Origin: Octopus bimaculoides
Taxonomy: Eukaryota
Length of the DNA: 37,017 nt
Assembly (NCBI RefSeq): GCF_001194135.2
Contig: NC_069003.1
Span: forward strand, 18,646,982 to 18,683,998
Reading direction: 5' to 3'
Shown here: piece by piece, positions 23,400-34,203 of the stretch
Layout: each line of letters begins with the position of its first letter
How positions within the stretch are numbered: position 1 is the first letter of the stretch
Notes under the pieces: model-generated
The model's database searches: none
The model's input: only the letters and a program-made list of their open reading frames with translations
Told to the model about the DNA's origin: nothing
Position numbers and translations under genes: made by a program

Positions 23400-24885
23400 T
23401 GACAAGTTATAAGTAAACCCAAATGTGAAAAAAAACCCACTTCTGAAGATACCAAACAATGGAGTCAAACGCAAGTCTTTCATCTTTGTGAAGTGCATTT
23501 GATGAATTCATGTTTTTAGAATGTTGTTCATTTTTGGATCTCTAGTGAGCATAGGTAGATTTTGTACAATAGTGTTGTATGCCACATTGTTTCTAGGGTT
23601 GAGTTGATATATACAGAAGTGTTTTGAGATGAGGTGTAGTGTTACGTTTTATTGCTCTTTGCGTTTTAACGTCTAATTTCTTAGTATGCTTAATTCTATT
23701 GTCTATAAGTGAGGGTGGACATTGTCTTTCAGTTAGTGCTGTTCTAAGGTCTTGAAGATGAAGGTTTCCGAGTATTTCTATCAAACACTATTGTGCAAAT
23801 CCTTTTTTGCTAAGTTAAAGGGGATATTTCTTTTGATGTGTTTCAGGTGACATGAGCTAAACAGGAGATATTGCTTTGAGTCCATCAGTTTATGATGTCA
23901 GTTGTAATTTGGTTGTTGACTTTTTTTTTTTATCATAATATCTAAGAAAGGGAGCTGTTCTTTGCTATATTCCAATGAGAATTGAAAGTTAGGGTTTATA
24001 TTATTTATTATTGATTTGAATTCCAAAAGTTTATCAATTGTCTCCTTCCAAATGATAAAGCAGTCATCCAGGCATCTTTTCCAGTTCTCTCTTATATAAT
24101 GATGAAATGGATATCCATATTTTTGCAGTGACACTTCATATATGGTGAATTCAAAATAATCCATTATTAGGTTTAGCAAAAACAGGGGCTGCTTTCGTTC
24201 CCATCATAATTCTGCATTTTTGATGATAGTAAGTGTCATCAAATAGGAAATAATTGTTCTGAAGTATAAATTTTAAAGATTCAATAATAAAAACCTGGTT
24301 TATACGTTCTGGAAGTAAGTCTTCTGGCACTTGGATATTTATGTATTTGCCTGGTGATTGTTGCTCTTGTGTATTTTAGGTAGGATGTAAAAAAAGGCTA
24401 GGTTTACATTTAAAGCTTGTTATATAATCTATTTCTTCTTCTGTCAGGCTTTTTCCATGTAGAAGTATTAAGGATACAAGATTTTTCAATTGTTTTTTGT
24501 TGTTTATACTTTACAATTTTTTTGTAGAAGGTATTATTTTCTAGCATGGATAATACTAGGTTTCTGTAATATTCTGTGTCCATCAGGATTACAGCACTTC
24601 CTTTGTCAGCTTCTTTAATTGTCAGTTCTTTGTTGTTTTATAGCTCAATTAGATTTTTCCACTCTAGATTGTTGAGGTTTTGAGTAATTTTGGATATGGT
24701 TGCAGAAGTCATCTTGTGCTTTATTCCTACCTTTAGGTGGAATATAATTACTTGTTTTTAACCAGTAATTCATCCTCGTCGTTATTGCCTTTAATTTCAT
24801 TCTGGTTAGATCATGGGGTTCGGGTAAATTTCAATCCTTTAGCTCGTGTACTGATTTTTGTTGCCGATAAACTTATTACTTTAGG
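23400..24885 (-). mobile_element. Penelope-like element 1 (RT with (Y)LDD motif), degenerate
   Basis: Minus frames: KGLKFTRTP, IKEADKGSAVILMD, GTKAAPVFANLIMDYFE, WKRCLDDCFIIW, FSLEYSKEQLPFLDIMI, KQYLLFSSCH...NIPFNLA. These are PLE RT and thumb motifs. Confidence 0.9.
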
Positions 24886-24958
24886 TTATATATATATATA
24901 TATATATAAATATATATATGGGGGGGGGGGTACGTATATAGGCCACCATGAAATATAT

Positions 24959-25799
24959 ATATTATAGTGGGGTAGGCCAGTTTATGGGTTTCACACTTAT
25001 GGCATATCTTCAGACCCCAAACACCGCCGGTCTGATACCTCTTTAAAATATGGAGGGGGAACAGCCTTGATTTTAAAGGTAAAACCCTAAGTGATTATCT
25101 CCCTTTGCCATTGTCCATCGATCTTCAGCTATGCTGCCATCTTGCAGTCACCAAAGCACCACGAAGGTAAATGATTGTCTCTCTCTGGCCTTGGCTATTG
25201 GTTTCCAGCTGTGGTGCTGCCATGTGGATTCCAAAAGGAATTTTCTAAAATGCAGACATGGTTTGAAAATCTCTGTCCTGAAGTTCAGGATGCCCTCTGG
25301 CACGAGTGAGTCTTTAAGGATTCTCATGCATTCAGCAATGCATAACTTGCACCGTTTCATCCCGTTTATGTAGGGGCCCGAGTTCTCAAGTATTTTCCAT
25401 GCGATCAAGTATGGAATCTCTTTGTCTTGCAATTGCCAGATATGGCTGGCCAGTGATGTCATGTATCTCCTCTCTGGGACTTTGAAGGAGGACAGATGAT
25501 TGGAGCTACACTGTTTGAGAGAGCCCCCAGTGCACCCCACATACTTTTGTGGGTGCGTGATGTCGGTGTGACTGTTGTTACTACTGTTGCTGCTGCGCTT
25601 GTTGCGCTTGTAGGTGCTGCTGTTGGTGATTCTGTTGTTGCTATTGCTGCTACCGTTGACGCTGATGCTGCTGGTGGTGTTGTCACTGCTGGAGTTGGAG
25701 CTGCTGCTATTGCCATAAGTGCTGGTGTTAGTGCCAGTCGTATTCTTGTCCCTGCACACGTTGCTTGTGGTGCAGTTGCTGCTGCCGCTGGTGTTGCGG
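24959..25799 (-). mobile_element. Inverted copy of the 3' end of PLE 2 (pseudo-LTR-like arm)
   Basis: Reverse complement aligns by eye to about 27000-27914. ORF 25148-25759 has an S/N/T-rich stretch followed by HPQKYVGCTG...SLASHIWQL...CKLCIAECMRI...LNFRTEIFKPCLH. Confidence 0.9.
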
Positions 25800-27914
25800 G
25801 GTTAAGCAATCTGATCCCATGGGCTCCTTTGACGTATCAATGGGAACCTACGACAGTGCTGATATTTGCAACCTTATCAGGTTATATATCCCAGATGTCC
25901 ATAGAAAAAGTTTCCCTTTGGCTTCTACAGGGATGACACCCTGACCATCTTTAGCGGGGCAAGCGGCCATACCCTAGACAGATTTAGGAAAGACTTGATC
26001 AGCATGCTTGAGACTTTTTAGATGTCACGCTCAACCTGGGCTCCAGTACTTGCTGGCCCTACCACAAACCAAACGAGAGGCTGTCGTACATAAACACAGC
26101 CTCCTATCACCCACTTATAATATTCAAGAACCTAGTAGAAGTCGTCAGCCAGAGGATTTCAAGCCTTTCCTCTAACCAAGAGGCCTTTGACACAGCAGCC
26201 CGCACTATAATGAGGCCTTAGCTGCCAGTGGGTTTAGAGATCGCATCTCCTACATGCCAGAACCCAACAGCCGCAGAAGGAAGCACCACGGAAATATGAT
26301 TTGGTTTGCCCCCCTCCCTTAACACAATAAGATCCATAGGTAGACTTTTCCTTAAATTGATCTATAAGCATTTCACTAGCTCTCATAGGTACGGTCCCAT
26401 ATTCAACAGGCACAACATTTGGGCGTTGTTTACCTGTGCGTTCAAGTTTAAGAGCATTCTGGTTAGCACCCCTAAGACACAGGAAGAGGAGGTTTGTTTG
26501 TGCAAGATCTGAAACAGCTGCCCAGTAGAAGGCCACTGTGAAACCAAAGGAGCCGTATATTAAGCCGAGGTTCTAACACAACATGCCTTTAACACCAGCA
26601 GAAATAATAACAGCCGTAGACATGAGAACAGAGCCAGTAGCACAGCCACCATCGCCACAACTGCCACAATGGATGGCAGCATTGATAACACTGACAGCGG
26701 CATCACCACCACCACCCTTGCCAATAGCTTCCCTGACGTCCACAATGCCAGGCCTATTGGCCACTGTAGTAGTAGTAGCAGAGGCAACAGATCCAGTTCC
26801 ATCACTGGCTATTATGGCAGCAACAGCCGAACTGGCAGTGGCGATAGCACTACCGTAATCACCACCACATCTTCCACCATCACCAGCGACAAAACCAGCA
26901 GCCCTGACTCCATCAACAACAACACTAGCGGCAGTGGCAGCAGCGACGATGACAACATCAGCAACAAGAACAACGCCAGCCCCAGCAGCAATGACTGCAC
27001 CACAGGAAACGCGCACGAGGACGAGAAAATGACCAGCACCAAGACCATCCCAGGGATGCCAACACCAGTACCAACAGCAGCAGCCCCAACTCCAGCAGTG
27101 ACAACACCACTGGCGACATCAGCAGCAATGGTAACAGCAACAGCAGCAGTAACAACAAGAGGTACAATGACAACAACAACAGGCACAATGGCAACAGTTG
27201 CAGCAACAACAGCACCACCATCAGCAGCACCTACACAGCAACAGGTACAACAACAGCAGCAGCAACGGGCACAATGACATCACGTGCCCACAGAAGTATG
27301 CGTGGTGCACTGGGAACTCTAACAGTGTATTTCTAATCATCTGTCCCCTTTCAGAGTCCCGGAAAGGAGATATGTGATATCGCTGGCCAGCCATATCTGG
27401 CAATTATGAAATGAAAAGGTTCCATACTCTATCGCATGGAAAATACTCGAGAACCCAGGCCCCTACATAAAACAGGACGAAATGGTGCAAGTTATGCATT
27501 GCCGAACACACGAGGACCCTTAAAGACTCGCTCATGCCAGAGGGCATCCTAAACTTCAGGATGGAGATTTTTGGACCATACCTGCATTTTAGAAAATTCC
27601 TACTGGCCTTTTGGAATCGGTATGGCAGCACCACAGCCAGAAAGCAATAGCCAAAGCTGAAGGGAGACAATCGTTTACCTTTGTGGTGCTTTGGCGATCA
27701 CAAAATGGCAGCGCAGCCGAAGATCGATGGACAATGGCAAAGGAAGATAATCACCTAGGGTATTACCCTTAAAAACGAGGCTTTTCCCCCTCCATATTTT
27801 AAAGAGGTATCAGACCGGCAGTGTTTGGGGTCCGAAGATACACCATAAGGCTAAACCCCTTATGAGCAAGAAACCCAGGGTAACCCCATAAACCGGTCTA
27901 CCCCACCATAATAT
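25800..27914 (+). mobile_element. Penelope-like element 2 (YRDD-type RT, Cys linker, GIY-YIG), 5'-truncated
   Basis: Plus frames: FDVSMGTYDSADIC, FYRDDTL, FLDVTLNL...PYHKPNE..YINTASYHP, IWFAPP, FLKLIYKHF...IFNRHN, CLCK..SCPVEGHC..GAVY*AEV, then a low-complexity insert, then QKYAWCTG...SLASHIWQL...IAWKILE...CKLCIAE...LNFRMEIF. Confidence 0.9.
27826..27888 (+). ncRNA. Decayed type I hammerhead-like motif at the PLE 2 terminus
   Basis: Stem I TGGGGT/ACCCCA, core CCGAAGA (CTGAAGA in the inverted copy), inner stem ATAAGG/CCTTAT, then GAAA-CCCAGG-GTA. The base of stem II pairs poorly. Confidence 0.4.
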
Positions 27915-28071
27915 TAACAGCTCTACATCCTAGAGTGTGCTTCTCCTCCGGATTTATGTCTTTCTATAAAGGATCGTATATATACACATATAGATGAACA
28001 GATCCGTATTTATCTAAACACTTATTTTATAGACATAAGTCTCACTCTCTCTCATATATATACATATATAT

Positions 28072-28270
28072 TTTATTTTTTTGTCACTTGTCTGCGGCCA
28101 TGCTGGCGCATCATCTTAAGGGGTTTTAGTCAAACAAATTGACCCCAGGATCTATTCTTTATAAGCCTAGCACTTATTCTAGTGGTCTCTTTTGCCGAAC
28201 CATTAAGTTACAGAGACAAGCACATCAACATTGGTTGTCAAACGATGGTGAGGGAGGGACAAACACACAA

Positions 28271-28326
<56 letters not shown>

Positions 28327-28482
28327 ATGGGCTTCTTTCAGTTTCCATCTACCAAATCAACTCACAAGGATTTGGTCAGCCCAAGGCTATAGTAGATGAC
28401 ACTTGCCCAAGGTGCCATGCAGTGGGGCTGAACCCAGAACCATGTAGTTGGGAAGCATACTTCTTACAAACACAATCATGCC
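28072..28482 (-). mobile_element. SINE family A, near full length, with internal (TA)n
   Basis: Revcomp contains the head, the microsatellite middle and the 3' body of family A. Confidence 0.88.
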
Positions 28483-28619
28483 TAGCTTCTTACTACACAA
28501 CCAGGCATATATATATATATATATATATATATAGTATATAATAAATGCAAAAACTAATTTGTGTGTCAGTGTGTCACACTTCGACCCCTCTCTTTCACTA
28601 TTCATTGACACTCCTACTA

Positions 28620-28800
28620 TTGCTCATGTTGGGGTGATAGTAATAGTATGAGCTGTAGTTGTGATAGAGGTGTAGGCAACGGTGATGATGATGGTGGTGG
28701 TGGTGGGGAAGGCAGCAAAGTCAAAAGTACTGATGGTGGTGGAGTCAGAAGTCTGAATGGTGTGTGTATGGCAGTTGTGGTGGTGGTGGTGGTTGGGAAC
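28620..28800. repeat. Degenerate (GGT/GAT) trinucleotide tract
   Basis: ggtgatgatgatggtggtggtggtgggg...gtggtggtggtggtggt. Confidence 0.75.
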
Positions 28801-29120
28801 AATCAGAAAGAGAAAAAAAAAAGAGGTTAGACAAAAAAAAAATTGTGCTAACCCCTGAATATGAAGACAAAAAATGTTGTTTACCATGCAGCTTTGCAAT
28901 AAGTTCCAAGTCGACAAATCATATCATTGTTTTGGTGAAAATTATTCATTGCTTGAAAAATATTGGTCAAGTTTAATATAATTTAATATGTACTCAATCC
29001 ATAAAGTATCATTGTTGGGCCCAAGGCCCACGGAAGAGCCCTCCACAGGAACTAGCTTAGAAGCCGCCCTATCGGACAGCTTGAACGAGAAGTAGACAGT
29101 AGCAGCATGGAATCGTTAAG

Positions 29121-29264
29121 TATATTTGCCACCTAAATGTGGCCGTCCCATAGGGGACGATGCTACTGTTGTTTATAGCCCCAGGAGGACAGAGATGTCC
29201 TCCTGGGGCTATAAACAACTGTAGCATCGTCCCCAATGGGACCACCATTTAGGTGCCAAATATA
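29121..29264. repeat. Near-perfect hairpin/palindrome with a 4-nt loop
   Basis: Left arm ...ggggacgatgctac-t-gttgtttatagccccaggaggaca, loop gaga, right arm tgtcctcctggggctataaacaac-t-gtagcatcgtcccc..., extending to tatattt/aaatata. Confidence 0.92.
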
Positions 29265-29422
29265 TTTCATGATATATATATATACACACACTCATACGTA
29301 CGTATACCTATTTATGTACATCCATGCATGGGCATACATATGCATATGTAAGTGCATGAATGTGTGTGTGCGCACGTGTATGTTTACAGTTTTTAGATCG
29401 ATGAAATAATTTTATTGTATAT

Positions 29423-29478
<56 letters not shown>

Positions 29479-29768
29479 ATAAATTTTCCATAAAAAAAAC
29501 TTAGTTTCATTTAAATACTGTTGGCTCCAGGTCTCTCTGCAGTTTGCCTGCAGTTAAGCCACCGAAGACTGTTACTCACTGCAATTCCCGTTTCTTATTT
29601 TACTCTTCTCTCCCTCGTGTCTTTGGAGAAAAGCCTTTAAATGTTATCTGCCTGCATTGGCATCTCACACTGCCACGGTCTCCTACTTTGTCTGTTGTTT
29701 TACTATTCTTTCCCAACAGCGTACAGCGTGATCGGCAGGTACACATTAAGCATTTTATCATATTAGAA

Positions 29769-29909
29769 CTGTTCCCAATCTGTGATCCGCAAAGGTAGTA
29801 CTGGGGGTCTGTGAACATGTTAAGTTGACAGACATTTCAATATCCTGGAGTCCGTGGGAAAACTCTTTTAACTAAAAGGGGTCCTTGGTAGTGAAAAGGT
29901 TGGGAACTG
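29769..29909. mobile_element. Short hAT/Charlie-like MITE remnant
   Basis: Ends ctgttcccaatc and ggttgggaactg, with internal ggggtc(c/t)gtg motifs. Flanked by the direct repeat TTAGAA. Confidence 0.5.
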
Positions 29910-30117
29910 TTAGAATATGTTATGCCCGAGTATTAGAGAGATGTTATGCTTGGTCAGTTCATATGGGTTTAACAAATTTATGCAATATTCAGGATTGCCT
30001 CCCTTATATTGTTTAGCTTAAGAGTTATTTCCCTTTAGCCACAATTGCTTTCAGCTTTTGCGTGTGTGAAATTGGTTTATTTTATTAGTGAAGTGTTTGG
30101 TTAGCCCGAGTCTTTAG

Positions 30118-30203
30118 CAGGTGACACTTAAAGTGCCGCGCAGTGGGACCTAGCCCAAGACCACATGGTTGGGAAGCAAACATCCTACCACACAACCACG
30201 CCT
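30118..30203 (-). mobile_element. SINE family A head fragment
   Basis: gtgccgcgcagtgggac...catggttgggaagcaa...ccacacaaccacgcc. Confidence 0.7.
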
Positions 30204-30414
30204 CGTTAATACTTTCTCATGAAAATTTAAATGAAGGCATGTTTGACAGAAGCCTTGCAACATCAGACGAAATTTCTAAATTTCTTTTTTTTAATTATTA
30301 TTGAGGGTTAAACAATTTTTTTTAGTTGAAGGAGATAACCAAAAGTACCGATATTTCTCGTAAAGTGGGTAGAGGAGATAACTCAATATTTTAATGGGGG
30401 TGAGATGACCAAAA

Positions 30415-30825
30415 AGTTCCGAAGCCCGTCATATATGAATGTGGTGTGTGTGTGTGTGTTTGTGCTTGCCCCACTACCACCATCACTTGACAACTGATGT
30501 TGGTGTGTTTAAATTCCCGTAACTTAGCGGTTCAGCAAAAGTACTAGGCTTACAAAGAATAAGTCTTGGGATCAATTTGTTTGACAAAAGCTGTGATCCA
30601 GCATGGCCGCAGTCAAGTGACTGAGGAGAATAAAAGAATACGTGTGTGTGTGTGTATGTCACTGCTTGACAACTGGTGTTGGTCTGTTTACATCTCTGTG
30701 ACTTAGTGGTTCGGTAAAAGAGACTGATAGAATAAATCATTAAAAAAGAATACTGGGATCGATTCACTCAACTAAAAGTTCCTCAAGGCAGTGCTCCAGC
30801 ATGGCCGCAGTCTAATGACAAACAA
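30415..30825 (+). mobile_element. Two tandem SINE family A 3' halves
   Basis: cacttgacaactg(a/g)tgttggt...agcatggccgcagtc is repeated twice. Confidence 0.8.
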
Positions 30826-31223
30826 TATATCACATATCTATTCTGTATATTGATTTCAAATTTGGACACAAGGCCAGCAATTTCAGGGGATGGGTTGTCA
30901 CCTACAATTCAGCGCATATATGTAATTTATTATTATTTAACTAGCAGGCCCCATGCCATCCAAAATGATGGCCAATTGTAGTATTTTATATATAAATAAG
31001 GAGAAAAGATAGAATGTGGATGGTAAATCAAATTAATTCACTTGTCAATGTTATCCAGTGGTTGTCTATTGAGAGGTGACATCAATCATCATCTGTTACT
31101 GAAAGAACGCTGGTTCAAATACTTACCTTGTACACACACATGCATACACACATACTCACACAGAGTTGAAACACTGATTTTCCTTCTCAGTGTTGAATGT
31201 TCACCATCCCACTTCCATTGCAC

Positions 31224-31260
<37 letters not shown>

Positions 31261-32113
31261 TTCACATACCTCCTTTTTACACACACACACACATACTCAC
31301 ACGGAGTTGAAAGGGTGCTTCGATTTTTTTTTTTCACCATTGAATTTCCATCATTCCACTACCAAATTTGCCATCACCCACTTCCTTCCTTGTTCATCTA
31401 TCACATTTTCTCATTCATATGTTGTGANNNNNNNNNNNNNNNNNNNNNNNNNNNNNNNNNNNNNNNNNNNNNNNNNNNNNNNNNNNNNNNNNNNNNNNNN
31501 NNNNNNNNNNNNNNNNNNNNNNNNNNNNNNNNNNNNNNNNNNNNNNNNNNNNNNNNNNNNNNNNNNNNNNNNNNNNNNNNNNNNNNNNNNNNNNNNNNNN
31601 NNNNNNNNNNNNNNNNNNNNNNNNNNNNNNNNNNNNNNNNNNNNNNNNNNNNNNNNNNNNNNNNNNNNNNNNNNNNNNNNNNNNNNNNNNNNNNNNNNNN
31701 NNNNNNNNNNNNNNNNNNNNNNNNNNNNNNNNNNNNNNNNNNNNNNNNNNNNNNNNNNNNNNNNNNNNNNNNNNNNNNNNNNNNNNNNNNNNNNNNNNNN
31801 NNNNNNNNNNNNNNNNNNNNNNNNNNNNNNNNNNNNNNNNNNNNNNNNNNNNNNNNNNNNNNNNNNNNNNNNNNNNNNNNNNNNNNNNNNNNNNNNNNNN
31901 NNNNNNNNNNNNNNNNNNNNNNNNNNNNNNNNNNNNNNNNNNNNNNNNNNNNNNNNNNNNNNNNNNNNNNNNNNNNNNNNNNNNNNNNNNNNNNNNNNNN
32001 NNNNNNNNNNNNNNNNNNNNNNNNNNNNNNNNNNNNNNNNNNNNNNNNNNNNNNNNNNNNNNNNNNNNNNNNAAATTCTTTTTGTATTTTTATCTTTACA
32101 TGTTTTTAAATAA

Positions 32114-34203
32114 CACTGGCCAACAAATTCTAACTTTTTTTCTGCTGACCTAAGTTTGAGACTTGTTTTGAGGTAATTTGGGGTCACTGAGTTTTAAGAT
32201 GGTAAGTTTTTTCTATCACATCTAGCCTTTTTTTTTTTTCTACAGGCTGGCCCATATTGGCCTCATCCGTAGCTCCATGTTTGAAATGTTTGAATTCCCG
32301 ACTCTTTTTTTTATATATGTACCAAGTCAAAGAATGAACATTAGTGACATTGTGAAAAGATCCTACTTGGCTTACTTAAAGATTAAAGTTGGTGATCAGG
32401 TTAAATCGTGGGCCCACACAATGTATGTAAACCTTATGTTGAAAATCTACGCCAATAGACAAGGGTACAACTAACATTTGGCATTCCTATGATATAGTGC
32501 GAGTCAAAGAACCTTGTAAATGATTGCTACTTTTGTCTCACAAAAACTTGTTATAGCAAGAGAACGTAGCAGAAAATAAGTTACCCAAATCTGGATTTAG
32601 CAATTCATTCAGTGTTTCATTCAGATGAATACCGGTACCTGTTTTCAAGGATTTACCTTCACTGCAAGGTGAAAGTGATATATGTGAAGTAAATATAAAT
32701 CATGAACATGACAGTGATATAGACTTTGTAGAAACATCAATGAAAGAACGTGAAAACTTGAGCCAGGCAAAACTGAATTTAGTTAGAAACCTACGAGTGT
32801 CAAAAGAGTTATCAGAACTGTTAGCTTCTAGGCTTAAAGAGAAGAATTTTTTGCAGAAAGGAACAAATGTGACTTTTTATCAGAACAAGAGTTTGATAGG
32901 CATTTTCGACTAGCAGGTCATGCTACTCCAGACTGATGATGAGCAAAGACTCAGAAACATGTCTCTGGATGCAGGCTTAGCTGGGTGGAGGTGCTTGTCA
33001 ACCCCTTTTAAACATAAGGACACAGGAAATGTGTCAAGGCCGACAGGAAGCGGTGCAGCTTCCTAGGTCTAACCAACAGTAGTATTATTCCTTTCATGGG
33101 ACTGTCACATTAAGTTGACAGCATACAACTACTTGTTTGGTGCACTTCCTATTAGTCAGTCTGTGCACTTAAAAGAGAATTATGATTACGTAAAAGTTGT
33201 ATTAGATTTACTTTCCTGTGTTTATGGCATAGCCAAGCGAGAGATAAAAGTTGGGAACAGAAACTCCGGCCAGTTAGGAACAATTTGACTGTTGAGGAGA
33301 AGAATGTCATACACAAACCATTTGTCGAGCGAGAGAAAAATCATCTTTCCACCCCTTCATATTAAACTAGGACTAATGAAGACATTTGTCAAAGCTCTTA
33401 ATGTGGAAGGTAACTGTTTCAAATTCATATGTACAGCATTTCCTGGCCTAAGTTATAAAATAACGGCTGGTGTTTTTGATGGACCACAAATCAGAAAGTT
33501 AATGAAACACCAGAATTTCTCGAGCTTGATGGCTGACATAGAAAAAGGAACATGGGATTCATTTGTGACTGTTGTTAAAGGATTTTGGTGGGAGTGAAAA
33601 GCCTGCAAACTACAAGAATTTGGTGGAAACATTGATAGCTTTCATCTTTCAGGCTGCAACATGAGCATAAAGCTTCATTCCTCAATAGCCATCTCGATGA
33701 ATTTCCTGCTAATCTCAAAGACGTGAGCGATGAGCGTTTTCATCAAACAATCAAAATTATGGAGGAGAGACATCAAGGCCAATGGAACACACACATGACG
33801 GCAGACTACTGTTGTAGTATTCAAAGAGACTGTGTAGACATGAAATACTCCACATGCTCTTGCAAGCAGAAATTTGTTCCATGAATATGAAGGTGTATAT
33901 ATGATGGTTTGTGCTTTATCCATCATATTAGAAAATTAACAGAACGTATTTAGTAAAAGGTGATGCTATCTTACATTTCATATTCTATTGACATTTGTAA
34001 CTTATGGTTTTAAGCTATAAGACTTGATAAACTATCCTGACCAAATAAATTATTTATACAGTACATCATAAAATAGGGATACGCTATAGAATGAAAACCT
34101 GATGAGGTAGGGAAAAAATGGATGCCACATTTGAAATCAGCATCTCAAAATTAACTAAATACAATCACAAAACCGAAGTCAGCAAAAAGTTTGTTGACCA
34201 GTG
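32114..34203 (+). mobile_element. Chapaev3-type (CMC) DNA transposon, internally deleted
   Basis: TIRs CACTGGCCAACAAA and revcomp CACTGGTCAACAAA. TAA duplicated at 32111-32113 and 34204-34206. Transposase fragments: KVGDQVKSWAH, FGIPM...NDCYFC, ELLASRLKEKN, PPLHIKLGLMKTFVKAL, FDGPQIRKLM, HFLNSHLDEFP..VSDERFHQ...ADYC. The family name comes from my recall of these motifs. Confidence 0.85.
32927..32969 (+). ncRNA. Minimal type I hammerhead ribozyme
   Basis: TCCAGA-CTGATGA-TGAG(CAAAGA)CTCA-GAAA-CATG-TC-TCTGGA: perfect 6-bp stem I, intact core, 4-bp stem II, tiny stem III with palindromic ACATGT, GUC cleavage triplet. Confidence 0.75.

Noticed and set aside
25459-27403. Ala/Thr-, Val- or Leu-rich ORFs suggesting a mucin or membrane protein
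   Set aside because: They are alternative frames of the low-complexity insert inside PLE 2, flanked by RT and nuclease motifs.
29700-29745. Possible plus-strand 19-nt micro-exon (ttctttcccaacag|...cag|gtacac)
   Set aside because: Weak donor and no plus-strand gene context; such matches arise by chance.
34097-34115. CTGATGAGGTAGGGAAA
   Set aside because: No stem II; it lies in the Chapaev3 subterminal region.
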